This document shows positions 38,696 through 48,092 of a DNA stretch of 64,000 nt, piece after piece. Below the pieces are notes generated by a model. The model worked only from the letters and a program-made list of their open reading frames with translations, did no database searches and was not told the DNA's origin. The translations under genes and the position numbers were made by a program. Each line of letters opens with the position of its first letter. The first letter of the stretch is position 1. Origin of the DNA: Candidatus Sulfomarinibacteraceae bacterium (lineage in GTDB: Bacteria > Acidobacteriota > Thermoanaerobaculia > Thermoanaerobaculales > Sulfomarinibacteraceae); the NCBI GenBank assembly GCA_963796455.1, contig CAWCLO010000007.1, positions 96,001 through 160,000 on the forward strand. Direction: 5' to 3'.

Positions 38696-40597
38696 ATGAG
38701 AAACAGAGTCCATTCGATCGGCCCTATCGTCGCATTTCCGGTGATGGCCATGTTGCTGGCGATTCCAGCGTCTGCACAATACCCACCGACCATTCCAGGC
38801 CAACCACAGCCAACCTTTTCTGACGAGGTGACGGTGACCGCGACCGGCGTCGAAACGGCGGTGGATGATGCCCCGACCGCGGTCACCGTCGTCACGCGGG
38901 ACGAGATCGACGACCTGCAGTCAGGTTCGGTGGCCGACATGCTGAGACGTGTTCCAGGTCTTTCGGTCATCGCCTCGGGTGACGCTGGAAAGGTGACCTC
39001 GGTCTTTACCCGCGGCACCGCATCCAACCAGACGCTGGTGATGCTGGACGGCGTCCGCCTCAACTCGCCCTATTTCGGCGGCTACGATCTCAGCAACCTG
39101 AGCACCAACGGCTTGAGCCAGATCGAAGTTGCACGAGGGCCATACTCCGCCCTCTGGGGAGCCGACGCCGTCGGCGGCGTCATCAACCTGATTCCGGTTC
39201 GTGCCAAGGGTGGCTTCAACGGCCGTTTCTTTGGCGAGGGAGGCAACGATGGCTGGCAGCGTCTGGAGGCGGACATCGGTTGGGGCTCAAAATCATTCGA
39301 CATTTATGCTTCGGGTTTCGATCGACGGAACGACGGTGAACTGGAGAACTCCGACTACAAAAATCGCCAGATCCTGCTGACCGCCGGTTACCGGTGGGGC
39401 ATCAGGAACAGCCGGATCGGAGTGCTCGTACAGGACCTCGAGTCGGAGACAGGAATCCCCTATGCAACTCCCGGTTCACCGACACCAGATCGTCGCCAGG
39501 AGAGCAATCAACGCTTGATCGCGATGCCAATCGACTGGTGGTTGTCGGAAAAGTGGAATATCGATCTGACCCTGTCGAGGGTCAACGGAGAATTCCAGTT
39601 TTCTGATCCCGACGACCCACTCTTCCCCTATTCAGAGACCGAAACCACCTCGACCCAGGCGCGCTTTGCCAGCAACCACATGCTTGGAGGCCACACATTC
39701 AGCTGGGGCGGAGAATGGCGGGAAGAGGAGGTCACCGATTCCTCGATCTACGGGACCAATCTGGACCGCGAAAAGATCAAGATCACGAGTTTTCTCCTCC
39801 AGGACATGTGGAAGATCAGCCCTGATGTTCGGCTTCTGGTGGGCATGCGTTGGGATGAAGCCGAAGAATGGGGCTCCGAAGTCTCGCCGCGGGGCGATCT
39901 CGGCTGGCAGATCACACCGAATCTCGAATTCCGCGCCGGTTACGGAGAAGGCTTTCGCCCGCCGTCAGTCGGCGAGCTCTACTATCCCTTTGCGGGGAAC
40001 CCCGAGCTCGAGGCCGAAACCTCTTCTTCGACCGACTTCGGTCTCGCCTATATCACCAAGGGCCGGCGCGCGAAATGGGCTGTCACCGCGTTTTCAACCA
40101 AACTGGACAACCTCATCGAGTACGATTTTGCATCCTCCACCAACATCAATATCGGAACCGCGAAGATCCGCGGCGCCGAATTGAGCTGGGACCACAGCCT
40201 CGGTCGCCGCGGCGCCTCTTTGATGCAGGCTACCTATCTCGACACCGAGAACGACCTGGGGGATCCATTGCTGCGACGGCCCGAATGGAGCGGATCGTGG
40301 ACGATCCACGGGGCCTTTTCCTCCCACTTCACCGGTGATCTCGCGGTGATCTATGTCGGTGCGCGTTGGGACGTGGACCCGACAACTTTTGTCCGGAGCG
40401 AGAATTCGAGCTATACGACGGGCAATATCTCGCTGGCCTACAGCATCTGGGATGGCGTGGAAATCACAGGCAGAGTCCTGAATGTGATGGGCAAGGAGTA
40501 CGAAGAAGTTCTCGGATACCCCGCCCAGGGCCGACGCTGGATGTTCGGGCTGCGCCTCGGGGTCGACACGCCCGAGCGTTGGCAACGGAATCCGTGA
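38696..40597 (+). CDS. btuB: TonB-dependent receptor, probably vitamin B12 (BtuB-like)
   Basis: DEVTVTA TonB box, plug domain (LRRVPG, RGTASNQTLVMLDGV, IEVARGPYSALWGADAVGGVIN); under B12 riboswitch. Confidence 0.85.
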   Translation: MRNRVHSIGPIVAFPVMAMLLAIPASAQYPPTIPGQPQPTFSDEVTVTATGVETAVDDAPTAVTVVTRDEIDDLQSGSVADMLRRVPGLSVIASGDAGKVTSVFTRGTASNQTLVMLDGVRLNSPYFGGYDLSNLSTNGLSQIEVARGPYSALWGADAVGGVINLIPVRAKGGFNGRFFGEGGNDGWQRLEADIGWGSKSFDIYASGFDRRNDGELENSDYKNRQILLTAGYRWGIRNSRIGVLVQDLESETGIPYATPGSPTPDRRQESNQRLIAMPIDWWLSEKWNIDLTLSRVNGEFQFSDPDDPLFPYSETETTSTQARFASNHMLGGHTFSWGGEWREEEVTDSSIYGTNLDREKIKITSFLLQDMWKISPDVRLLVGMRWDEAEEWGSEVSPRGDLGWQITPNLEFRAGYGEGFRPPSVGELYYPFAGNPELEAETSSSTDFGLAYITKGRRAKWAVTAFSTKLDNLIEYDFASSTNINIGTAKIRGAELSWDHSLGRRGASLMQATYLDTENDLGDPLLRRPEWSGSWTIHGAFSSHFTGDLAVIYVGARWDVDPTTFVRSENSSYTTGNISLAYSIWDGVEITGRVLNVMGKEYEEVLGYPAQGRRWMFGLRLGVDTPERWQRNP

Positions 40598-40771
40598 TCT
40601 ACCGGGGATGACCCGCCCTGGTTGAGTTGTAACCAATTTGTAAATTCCAGCAAAGAGCTGAAGAATGTGAAACCCGACCCCGAAAACCGCGTAGATGACC
40701 TGGTATAGTGTGATTGAGATCGCGAATCACTCTCCAAACTATGGGGAGACGAACCCGAAAGGAGCTCAGGA

Positions 40772-41353
40772 ATGAAAAAGACGATGTTGGTGCTCGGTGT
40801 CATGGTGTGTGCAACTCTGTTGGTAAGTCCCGCCCTTGCCTGTGACGGCAAAGGAGAGGCGAAGCAGGCCAGCAATGACGGTTCCACCTGTGACAAATCC
40901 GAGGTGAAGAACGCAAGCAACGATGGCGCGTCCTGCGACAAGTCCGAAGTCAAGAACGCGAGCAACGATGGCGCGACCTGTGACAAGTCTGAGGTCAAGA
41001 ACGCGAGCAACGATGGCGCAACCTGCTCCAAGTCTGCCGCCCAGGCCGCTTATGCCAAGACTCTCGAAGAGACCGGTTGCGAGAAGACCGCCAAGACCGC
41101 CTATGTGAATTCTCTCGCTGAGAATGTCTACGCCAAGACCTACAGCGAGAAGGGCTGCAGCAAGACCGCCCAGACCGCCGCCTACGATGCGGTCCTTTCG
41201 GAGACCAGCTGCACGAAGACCTCGTCCTCCGCCGCGACCCATGCGGTTGCCAAGGCTTCCTACGACGAGACCCTTGCCAAGACCGGCTGCTCGATGACCG
41301 CCCAGAAGGCGTACGACGAGACCGCCGAGACCGTCAAGCTCGCTTCCAAGTAA
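40772..41353 (+). CDS. Secreted Cys-containing repeat protein, unknown function
   Basis: Signal peptide ending PALA; CDKSEVKNASNDGA(S/T) repeats; strong GC3 bias; own terminator. Confidence 0.85.
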   Translation: MKKTMLVLGVMVCATLLVSPALACDGKGEAKQASNDGSTCDKSEVKNASNDGASCDKSEVKNASNDGATCDKSEVKNASNDGATCSKSAAQAAYAKTLEETGCEKTAKTAYVNSLAENVYAKTYSEKGCSKTAQTAAYDAVLSETSCTKTSSSAATHAVAKASYDETLAKTGCSMTAQKAYDETAETVKLASK

Positions 41354-41373
41354 ACACTCCGATACTCAACTCC

Positions 41374-41407
41374 AACACCCGGGCCAGACGGCCCGGGTGT
41401 TTTTTTG
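41374..41407 (+). terminator. Rho-independent terminator
   Basis: AACACCCGGGCC-AGAC-GGCCCGGGTGTT followed by a T run. Confidence 0.9.
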
Positions 41408-41483
41408 TGACCTGGGGCACAGACCCGCTTCCTCAAAGGTGCCATCTTGCTGGGAGGGGGGTGCTGTGCAGAAGGGACCTGAT

Positions 41484-41810
41484 ATGGCTCAGCCACGATC
41501 GCGCCGACTTCGTCTCCTCGAGAGCTTGCGCCGTACGATCAGTGAAATGTTGCACTCGCGGGTGCAACGCGCCGCGTCGGCCAGGGGCCACGGAGCTCCG
41601 CATAACACGAGCTCTATTTACGTCTCGGCCGAAGAGGAAGCGCCGGAGCTCCTCGAACAGCTTCTTTTCGTTCACCGCCGGGTCGCGGAAGAACGAGGAG
41701 AAGCGTCGGGAGCGGCCCCGCAGGATCAGCTTGCCGACACCGAACGCAAGGCAATGCTTTCGGCGGTTCGGGCCGCGGTCAACCGCTCGCGTGAGAGTCT
41801 CGAAACCTGA
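41484..41810 (+). CDS. Hypothetical protein
   Basis: 108-aa helical ORF with AAGGGA RBS, filling the gap before convergent plsC. Confidence 0.55.
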   Translation: MAQPRSRRLRLLESLRRTISEMLHSRVQRAASARGHGAPHNTSSIYVSAEEEAPELLEQLLFVHRRVAEERGEASGAAPQDQLADTERKAMLSAVRAAVNRSRESLET

Positions 41811-41828
41811 TCCGTTTCGCAGCCGCTG

Positions 41829-42563
41829 CTACTTCAGCCCCGAATCGATCACCGCTCGAACTTCGTCCATCAATTTCTGACAGTCTTTTTTTTCCAGACC
41901 GTCGACCACAACCGGTGGGTGGAAGATCAGGCGGGCTGAACCGGGCATGAGGTCCGAGGTTCCGGCCGGTAGCACGTTACGGGTCCCGATCACCGTCACC
42001 GGCAAGACCGGCAGACCGAGATCTACCGCCATCCGGAATGCGCCCTTCTTGAAACCCTTGAGCTCGCCTGTCCGGCTCCTCGTTCCTTCCGGGAAGAAAA
42101 TCACCGACGTTCCACCGACAATCTTCCTCTTCGCATCCTCCAGGGTCGCGACGGCCGCCGCGTGGTTCGAGCGGTCGATAAAAATGTGGCCCAGGCGGTG
42201 ACAAGCGACCCCGATTCCCGGAACCGTTCGAAGTTCCTTCTTCATCACCCACTTGAAATCGACCCCAATCCAGCCATAAAGGACAAAAATATCGTACTGG
42301 CTCTGATGATTCGAAACCAGAACGTATGACTGGGACGGATCCAGATTTTCGCGACCCTCAACCGAGACCCGCATGGGAGTGATCCACGCCATCAATCGGG
42401 CCCATGGCACCCCGGTCCATCTGGCAACCGTTGGAGGTTTGGCAAAAAAAAGCATCGCAACAGCGACGGACGCAAAAAAGGCCGTCGACAACCCCAGCAT
42501 CGGTACGACCACCAGATACTTGTAGGGTTGGTACAACCACCAAGAGAGATTGCGTCGCTTCAT
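41829..42563 (-). CDS. plsC: 1-acyl-sn-glycerol-3-phosphate acyltransferase
   Basis: NHQSQYD, FIDRS, FFPEGTRS motifs. Confidence 0.9.
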   Translation of the reverse strand: MKRRNLSWWLYQPYKYLVVVPMLGLSTAFFASVAVAMLFFAKPPTVARWTGVPWARLMAWITPMRVSVEGRENLDPSQSYVLVSNHQSQYDIFVLYGWIGVDFKWVMKKELRTVPGIGVACHRLGHIFIDRSNHAAAVATLEDAKRKIVGGTSVIFFPEGTRSRTGELKGFKKGAFRMAVDLGLPVLPVTVIGTRNVLPAGTSDLMPGSARLIFHPPVVVDGLEKKDCQKLMDEVRAVIDSGLK

Positions 42564-42621
42564 TGCTGGGAATCATACCGAAGTTGAGGCTGGAAGCCAG
42601 ACACTGGATGCTGGATGCTGG

Positions 42622-43290
42622 ATCACTCTTGGTTAAGACAGTGTGTCGAACATCGTTCAGGGACAGCGACGGGAGCCGGCGGACAGTGTCAGCGAACAGT
42701 TGTCAGCGGCGGCAACCAGCGGCCGGGGCAGCGACAGTACCAGCGAACTGCACTCACTTCGTCGGGTTCAACAGCCGCCAGGTCATCGCACGGACCTGCT
42801 CGAAGGCGTTCATCACTTCACTGACTCCGTTCCGGCTGATCGCCCCGGCGTGGGCGAGGAGCTGGAACCCTCATCACGAGCTTGATCGCGATACCTGCTG
42901 CTTCGAGGGCTTTCGAGTGGGCAACGAGGTTGGTGTTTGTGGCGGCGTTGGACATGGTCACCTCCGGGTCGTTCATGCCCTTACCCACAAGCCGGTGTGG
43001 TGGCCGATGTCAAGGATGCCCTGCACCCTGCCTGTCCTTGACATCGGCCGCCCACCGGCTACCCCTTCTTTTGAACGACCCGGAGGTGGCCACTTCGTCG
43101 CCTGGACTCCTGATCGCTGCCGCTGAACACTGATCTCTGTTCCCTGGCCCTGTCGCTGCTCCCTGTCACTGTTGCCTGTCGCTGCCGCTGCAATTCGGGA
43201 TCGGGATCGGGATCGGGTACCTGCCAACCGCCAACCGGATATGCCAATAACCAACCCAAAAATCTCTTATCGTCACGTGGGGCAACTTCA
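42622..43290 (-). mobile_element. Nested TIR element family A, copy 5 (internally deleted four-helix-bundle gene; one TIR missing)
   Basis: (CTGGATG)n then ATCACTCTTGGTTAAGACAG; arms and GGATATGCCAA segment as in other copies. Confidence 0.82.
42754..42955 (-). pseudogene. Four-helix-bundle gene with internal deletion
   Basis: MSNAATNTNLVAHSKALEAAGIAIKLVMRVPAP joined out of frame at CAGCTCCTC to QLLAHAGAISRNGVSEVMNAFEQVRAMTWRLLNPTK*. Confidence 0.8.
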
Positions 43291-43341
43291 CATTGAGCCG
43301 TAGATGGTATCCTTTCTCACCGTGCGAAATCCGGAGGCCAC

Positions 43342-45264
43342 GTGAGCGATCGCTTTTACATCACCACCCCGATCTACTATGTGAACGACATGCCCCACAT
43401 CGGGCATATCTACACCACCGTAATGGCCGATATATTTGCCCGCTACCAGCGGCTGAACGGTCGTGAGGTGCGCTTTCTCACCGGCACCGACGAGCATGGC
43501 CAGAAAATCGAAAAGGCGGCCGCCAGCCAGGGCATCGAACCGCTTCAGCTCGCCGACCGGGTGGTTGCGCGCTACCACGGGCTGTGGAAGACCCTCGGCA
43601 TCTCGCACGATGATTTCATCCGCACTTCGGAACCAAGACATCAGAAGGCGGTCGCCGAGATCATCCAGCGGATAACAGCCAACGGCGACATCTATGAGGG
43701 TGAATACGAAGGGTGGTACCTAGCCGCCGACGAGGCATTCATCCCCGATTCACAGGTCAAGGATGGGCACGATATCGAAAGCGGTCGGGCGGTCGAACGC
43801 CTGTCCGAACCGAGCTATTTCTTCAAGCTCTCCGCCTACCAAGACCGCCTGCTCGAATGGTACCGGGCCAACCCCGACTGCATCCATCCACGAACCCGTT
43901 ACAACGAAGTCGTGAGCTTTGTCGAAGGGGGTCTCCGCGATCTCTCGATCTCGCGCACCTCGCTCAAATGGGGGGTCCCCTACCCCGGCGACGAAAGCCA
44001 CGTCGTCTACGTTTGGCTCGATGCGCTCACCAATTACATCTCCGCTCTCGGTTTCGGATCGGAAGACGAGGGGCTCTACGAAAATTTCTGGCCCGCCTCC
44101 ATGCATCTGGTTGGCAAGGACATCCTCCGTTTTCATTGCGTTTATTGGCCGGCGTTCCTCATGTCCGCCGGGCTTCCGCTTCCGGAGCAGATCTTCGGTC
44201 ACGGTTGGTGGTTACGGGATGAAGCCAAGATGTCGAAGTCCATCGGAAACGTGGTGCGTCCGGACTACCTCATCGAGCGATTCGGGGCCGACTCCCTGCG
44301 CTATTTTCTGGCCCGGGAGATGGCCTTCGGGCAGGATGCATCCTACTCCGACGAGGCTTTCCTCGACAGGTACAATGCCGATCTTGCCAATGCACTCGGA
44401 AACACGGCCTCTCGCACACTGTCGATGACCGGACGTTACCTCGATGGCAAAGTGCCGGCCGTGCGCGACGAGGGCCCGGTTCCGGCCACGGCAAGGGAAG
44501 CCGTCGCCGCATACCGCAAGCACATGGATTCCGCCGAACCGAATCGGGCGCTCGAGGCGGTATGGAAGCTCCTTCGAACCATGGACGGTTATATTCAGGA
44601 ACAGCAGCCGTGGGCGCGGGCGAAAGATGGCGATGCCGGTCGAGAGAGCCTCGAGACCACCCTTTATGTCTCACTCGAAGGCCTCCGGATCACGGCGCTG
44701 CTGATCGAGCCCTTCATGCCCGTCATCGCCGGGCAACTCCGGCGGCAGATGGGCATCGACGAGATGGCCCGCGACATGAACGGGGCAACCGAGTGGGGTG
44801 GGCTCCCCGAGGGCACTCTCATCGGCAAGACCGAGCCCCTTTTTCCTAGAATCGATAAAAAGGCCTATCTCAAGGAGCTGCAGATGGACGTACCGGACAA
44901 CGAAACCGAGAAAAAACCCGAAGCACAGCCCGAAGACGACCTGCTTTCGATCGACCAGTTCTTCAAGACAAAACTCGTGGTCGGCACCATTCGCGAGGCA
45001 GAACAGGTTCCAAAGTCAAAAAAACTGGTGCGCATCCAGGTCGATCTCGGCGAGGAACAGTTGCGGCAATTGGTTGCCGGTATCGCCGAACGCTACCAGG
45101 CAGAGGATCTCGTTGGCCGGCAGATCGTCGTGGTGGCCAATCTCAAACCCGCCAAGCTGATGGGCGTCGAGTCGCAGGGAATGCTTTTGGCGGCAAATGT
45201 GGAGGGCGCCCCGTTCCTGCTCTCTCCCGACCACGAGGTGCCTCCAGGCACGGTCGTCAGCTGA
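43342..45264 (+). CDS. metG: Methionine--tRNA ligase with C-terminal OB domain
   Basis: FYITTPIYYVN..PHIGH, GTDEHGQK, YVWLDAL, KMSKS. Confidence 0.99.
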   Translation: MSDRFYITTPIYYVNDMPHIGHIYTTVMADIFARYQRLNGREVRFLTGTDEHGQKIEKAAASQGIEPLQLADRVVARYHGLWKTLGISHDDFIRTSEPRHQKAVAEIIQRITANGDIYEGEYEGWYLAADEAFIPDSQVKDGHDIESGRAVERLSEPSYFFKLSAYQDRLLEWYRANPDCIHPRTRYNEVVSFVEGGLRDLSISRTSLKWGVPYPGDESHVVYVWLDALTNYISALGFGSEDEGLYENFWPASMHLVGKDILRFHCVYWPAFLMSAGLPLPEQIFGHGWWLRDEAKMSKSIGNVVRPDYLIERFGADSLRYFLAREMAFGQDASYSDEAFLDRYNADLANALGNTASRTLSMTGRYLDGKVPAVRDEGPVPATAREAVAAYRKHMDSAEPNRALEAVWKLLRTMDGYIQEQQPWARAKDGDAGRESLETTLYVSLEGLRITALLIEPFMPVIAGQLRRQMGIDEMARDMNGATEWGGLPEGTLIGKTEPLFPRIDKKAYLKELQMDVPDNETEKKPEAQPEDDLLSIDQFFKTKLVVGTIREAEQVPKSKKLVRIQVDLGEEQLRQLVAGIAERYQAEDLVGRQIVVVANLKPAKLMGVESQGMLLAANVEGAPFLLSPDHEVPPGTVVS

Positions 45265-45319
45265 AATCGACTTCATCGCGATCGCTGTCGATGAATCGTG
45301 TCGCAGTCCGGGCCAGCGC

Positions 45320-45396
45320 AAACCGCAGATCGCGCAGATCATCGCAGCATAGAAAAGAGGGCCGTCATCTGCGTCCATCTGCGTGATCTGCGGTTT
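45320..45396. repeat. Family D inverted repeat (possible bidirectional terminator)
   Basis: AAACCGCAGATCGCGCAGAT ... ATCTGCGTGATCTGCGGTTT between convergent metG and folA. Confidence 0.7.
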
Positions 45397-45576
45397 CTCA
45401 TGACACGGCGCTTCAATACTCTACCTGCATCGCATGAGAAGGCTCACCAGGCCGAAATCGGCTAGCTGGCGGAAGTGCGCGAGATTTTGTGTAGCCGATT
45501 TCGAGAAACCGGACCGTCGTGGCGCTCATGGATAGCGATAGCGATAGCGACGGACGGTTCGAGCGAGAAAATGGAT

Positions 45577-46077
45577 TCAGATAGCTCGCTGGTACCGTAG
45601 AAAGCTGTAGGCAAACTCGTTCTTCTCGTCGGCCTCGTGGTGGTCTTCGGACACGAGCTCCCATTGGTTGGCATCGAGATCGGGAAAGTGGGTGTCACCT
45701 TCAACTTCGGCGTGGATGCGGGTCAGGTAGATCCGGTCGACCAACTTGCGGGCCAGAGCGATCCGGTAGATCTGTGAACCACCGCCGATGAATGGCTCGT
45801 CGTCGTCGCGAGCGATCTTCAGCGCGTCTTCCACCGAATGAACGACCGCCACACCATCGGCGGAAAAACTGCGACTCCGGGTCACCACCACCATGGTTCT
45901 GCCCGGCAGCGGCTTCCCCACCTCGATCCAGGTCCTTCGACCGATGATCAGGTGATGGCCCATGGTGGTGTTCTTGAAATGCCGGAGGTCCGCCGGTAGG
46001 TGCCACGGCAGATCACCATCACGACCGATGACCCCGTTGGATGACACAGCGACAATCATTGATGCCGTCATCGTCAC
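45577..46077 (-). CDS. folA: Dihydrofolate reductase
   Basis: [40 protein letters not shown]. Confidence 0.97.
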   Translation of the reverse strand: MTMTASMIVAVSSNGVIGRDGDLPWHLPADLRHFKNTTMGHHLIIGRRTWIEVGKPLPGRTMVVVTRSRSFSADGVAVVHSVEDALKIARDDDEPFIGGGSQIYRIALARKLVDRIYLTRIHAEVEGDTHFPDLDANQWELVSEDHHEADEKNEFAYSFLRYQRAI

Positions 46078-46868
46078 ACCGCAATCGGGGCTTTGATGTG
46101 GGGGTGGGGCTCGTAGGATTCGAGCCGGAAATCATCGAAGGTGAAATCGAAGATCGAAGTCACGGCCCGGTTGAGATGCATGGTCGGCAAGCCCCGTGGC
46201 TCACGGGCCAGTTGGGTCTTCGCCTGATTGACGTGATTCAGGTAGAGATGCGCGTCTCCAAAGGAGTGGATGAATTCTCTCGCCTCGAGATCGCAGACCT
46301 GGGCCACCATCATCGTGAGCAAGGCATAGGACGCGATATTGAATGGCACCCCGAGAAAAACGTCGGCGCTCCTTTGATAGAGCTGGCAGGACAGACCTCC
46401 ATCCGCCACCCAGAACTGGAAGAGACAGTGGCATGGCGGCAGCGCCATCTCTTCGATTTCCGACACGTTCCAGGCTGAAACGATGTGGCGCCTCGAATCC
46501 GGATCTGTTTTGATCCTCTCGATGGCTGTTTCGATCTGATCGACACTTCCACCTTCCCGGGTCGGCCACGAACGCCACTGCGACCCGTAAATCGGACCCA
46601 GTTCACCATCTTGATCCGCCCACTCGTCCCAGATCGAGACCTTGTTTTCGTGGAGATAACGGAGATTCGTATCGCCCGACAAAAACCACAGCAACTCGTG
46701 GATGATCGACCGGAGGTGGAGCTTCTTTGTCGTCAGCGCCGGAAACCCGGCACACAGATCGAAGCGCAATTGATAACCGAAAAGGCTCAGGGTTCCGGTT
46801 CCCGTCCGGTCGTCCTTTTTGACTCCCGTCCGGAGGACATCATCGAGAAGGTCCAGATATTGTCTCAC
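46074..46868 (-). CDS. thyA: Thymidylate synthase
   Basis: [37 protein letters not shown] start overlapping the kdsC stop. Confidence 0.98.
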   Translation of the reverse strand: MRQYLDLLDDVLRTGVKKDDRTGTGTLSLFGYQLRFDLCAGFPALTTKKLHLRSIIHELLWFLSGDTNLRYLHENKVSIWDEWADQDGELGPIYGSQWRSWPTREGGSVDQIETAIERIKTDPDSRRHIVSAWNVSEIEEMALPPCHCLFQFWVADGGLSCQLYQRSADVFLGVPFNIASYALLTMMVAQVCDLEAREFIHSFGDAHLYLNHVNQAKTQLAREPRGLPTMHLNRAVTSIFDFTFDDFRLESYEPHPHIKAPIAV

Positions 46869-47428
46869 TCGCGCGGCGTCCCCTGGCCGACCCACTTGCC
46901 GACAACAGCCATCCATTTGGACTGGGTCTTGAGAATCAACTCACCGAACTCGCGCACCGCTCCATGGCCGCCGGGAGCACCACAAACCAGGTCGCAGACC
47001 GCCACCACCTCGGGCACAGCGTCCGCGGGGCAGGCGGTGAAAACGGCCCGCTCCAGAAGCGGGATGTCGGGAAGGTCGTCGCCCATAGCTGCCACCTCGA
47101 GATCGACAACATCCAGAAGCTTCTCGATTCGCTCGAGATCGGCCACTTTGTCTTTCGACCCGAGGGCGATCAGCTCGGACCGAATACCCAGTTCCCTGCA
47201 ACGAAACGCCACGGCATCGCTCGTTCGACCCGAAATCACGGCGACCTGGATACCGGCGTCGAGCAGAAGTCGAATCCCGAGACCATCACGAACGGAAAAG
47301 GTTTTTTGGTCCTGTCCCCCACTGGAGTAACTCAGGCTGCCATCGGTCAGCACACCATCCACATCCAGGACCAGCAGGCGGACCGGCTCGAGGCGGTGAC
47401 GAATCTCTGTAGGTACACGACTTGGCAT
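46865..47428 (-). CDS. kdsC: KDO 8-phosphate phosphatase (HAD IIIA)
   Basis: [33 protein letters not shown]. Confidence 0.93.
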   Translation of the reverse strand: MPSRVPTEIRHRLEPVRLLVLDVDGVLTDGSLSYSSGGQDQKTFSVRDGLGIRLLLDAGIQVAVISGRTSDAVAFRCRELGIRSELIALGSKDKVADLERIEKLLDVVDLEVAAMGDDLPDIPLLERAVFTACPADAVPEVVAVCDLVCGAPGGHGAVREFGELILKTQSKWMAVVGKWVGQGTPRE

Positions 47429-47477
47429 GGCGTCATCCTAACATCACCCAACCGCACGGCCAGTTTCTGAATGCTGG

Positions 47478-48030
47478 ATCACTGCTGTCCAAACCAGATC
47501 GTCACCTGAAGGTTTCCGGTTGCCTGTGCCCGTACCCGGGTCCGCGTCCGGATTTCAGCGGCAGCGACATTTATCAGCGACAGTGTTCAGCGGCAGCGAC
47601 AGGCACCAGCGAACAGGGACAGCGGCAGCGATCAGGAGTCCATGCGGCGAAAGGGCACCTCCGGGTCGTTCAACAGAAGGGCACGGCCGAATCGGAAGAG
47701 ACCGGTCGAACCACTGGAGAATCGCCTACGCCTCGGCGAAAGAGGTCGACAGCCACTTGCAGCTCCTCGCCCACGCCGGAGCGATCAGTCCGAACGGAGC
47801 CGGTGAAGCGATGAACGCCTTCGATCAAGTCCGTGCGATGACCTGGCGGCTCTTGAACCCGAAAATGTGAGCGCCGTTACCCGTCGCTGCTGTTGATAGC
47901 TGATCGCTGAGGCTGATGACTGAACGCTGACGCTGACTCCTGTTGGCTGCCGCTGACAACTGATCACTGTCGCTGTTCCCTGTCGCTGTCGCCGGACACC
48001 GTGGGGATCGGGAACGGGAACGGGAATGGA
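47478..48030 (+). mobile_element. Nested TIR element family A, copy 6 (3' half of four-helix-bundle gene; right TIR missing)
   Basis: CTGAATGCTGG-ATCACTGCTGTCCAAACCAGATCGTCACCTGAAG; same arms and CACCTCCGGGTCGTTCAACAGAAGG core. Confidence 0.82.
47676..47870 (+). pseudogene. Four-helix-bundle (23S-IVS/Avd-like) gene, C-terminal fragment
   Basis: EGHGRIGRDRSNHWRIAYASAKEVDSHLQLL...FDQVRAMTWRLL matches the EGxxR...IAxxSxxE family pattern. Confidence 0.8.
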
Positions 48031-48092
48031 GAATACCGTTCTCAGCGTTCATCCGCGCGATCTGCGGTTTCTCCGTGCAAACAGACCTGGAA

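Noticed and set aside
37818..48030. Diversity-generating retroelement (suggested by Avd-like fragments)
   Set aside because: No reverse transcriptase and no TR/VR pair differing at adenines is visible in the window
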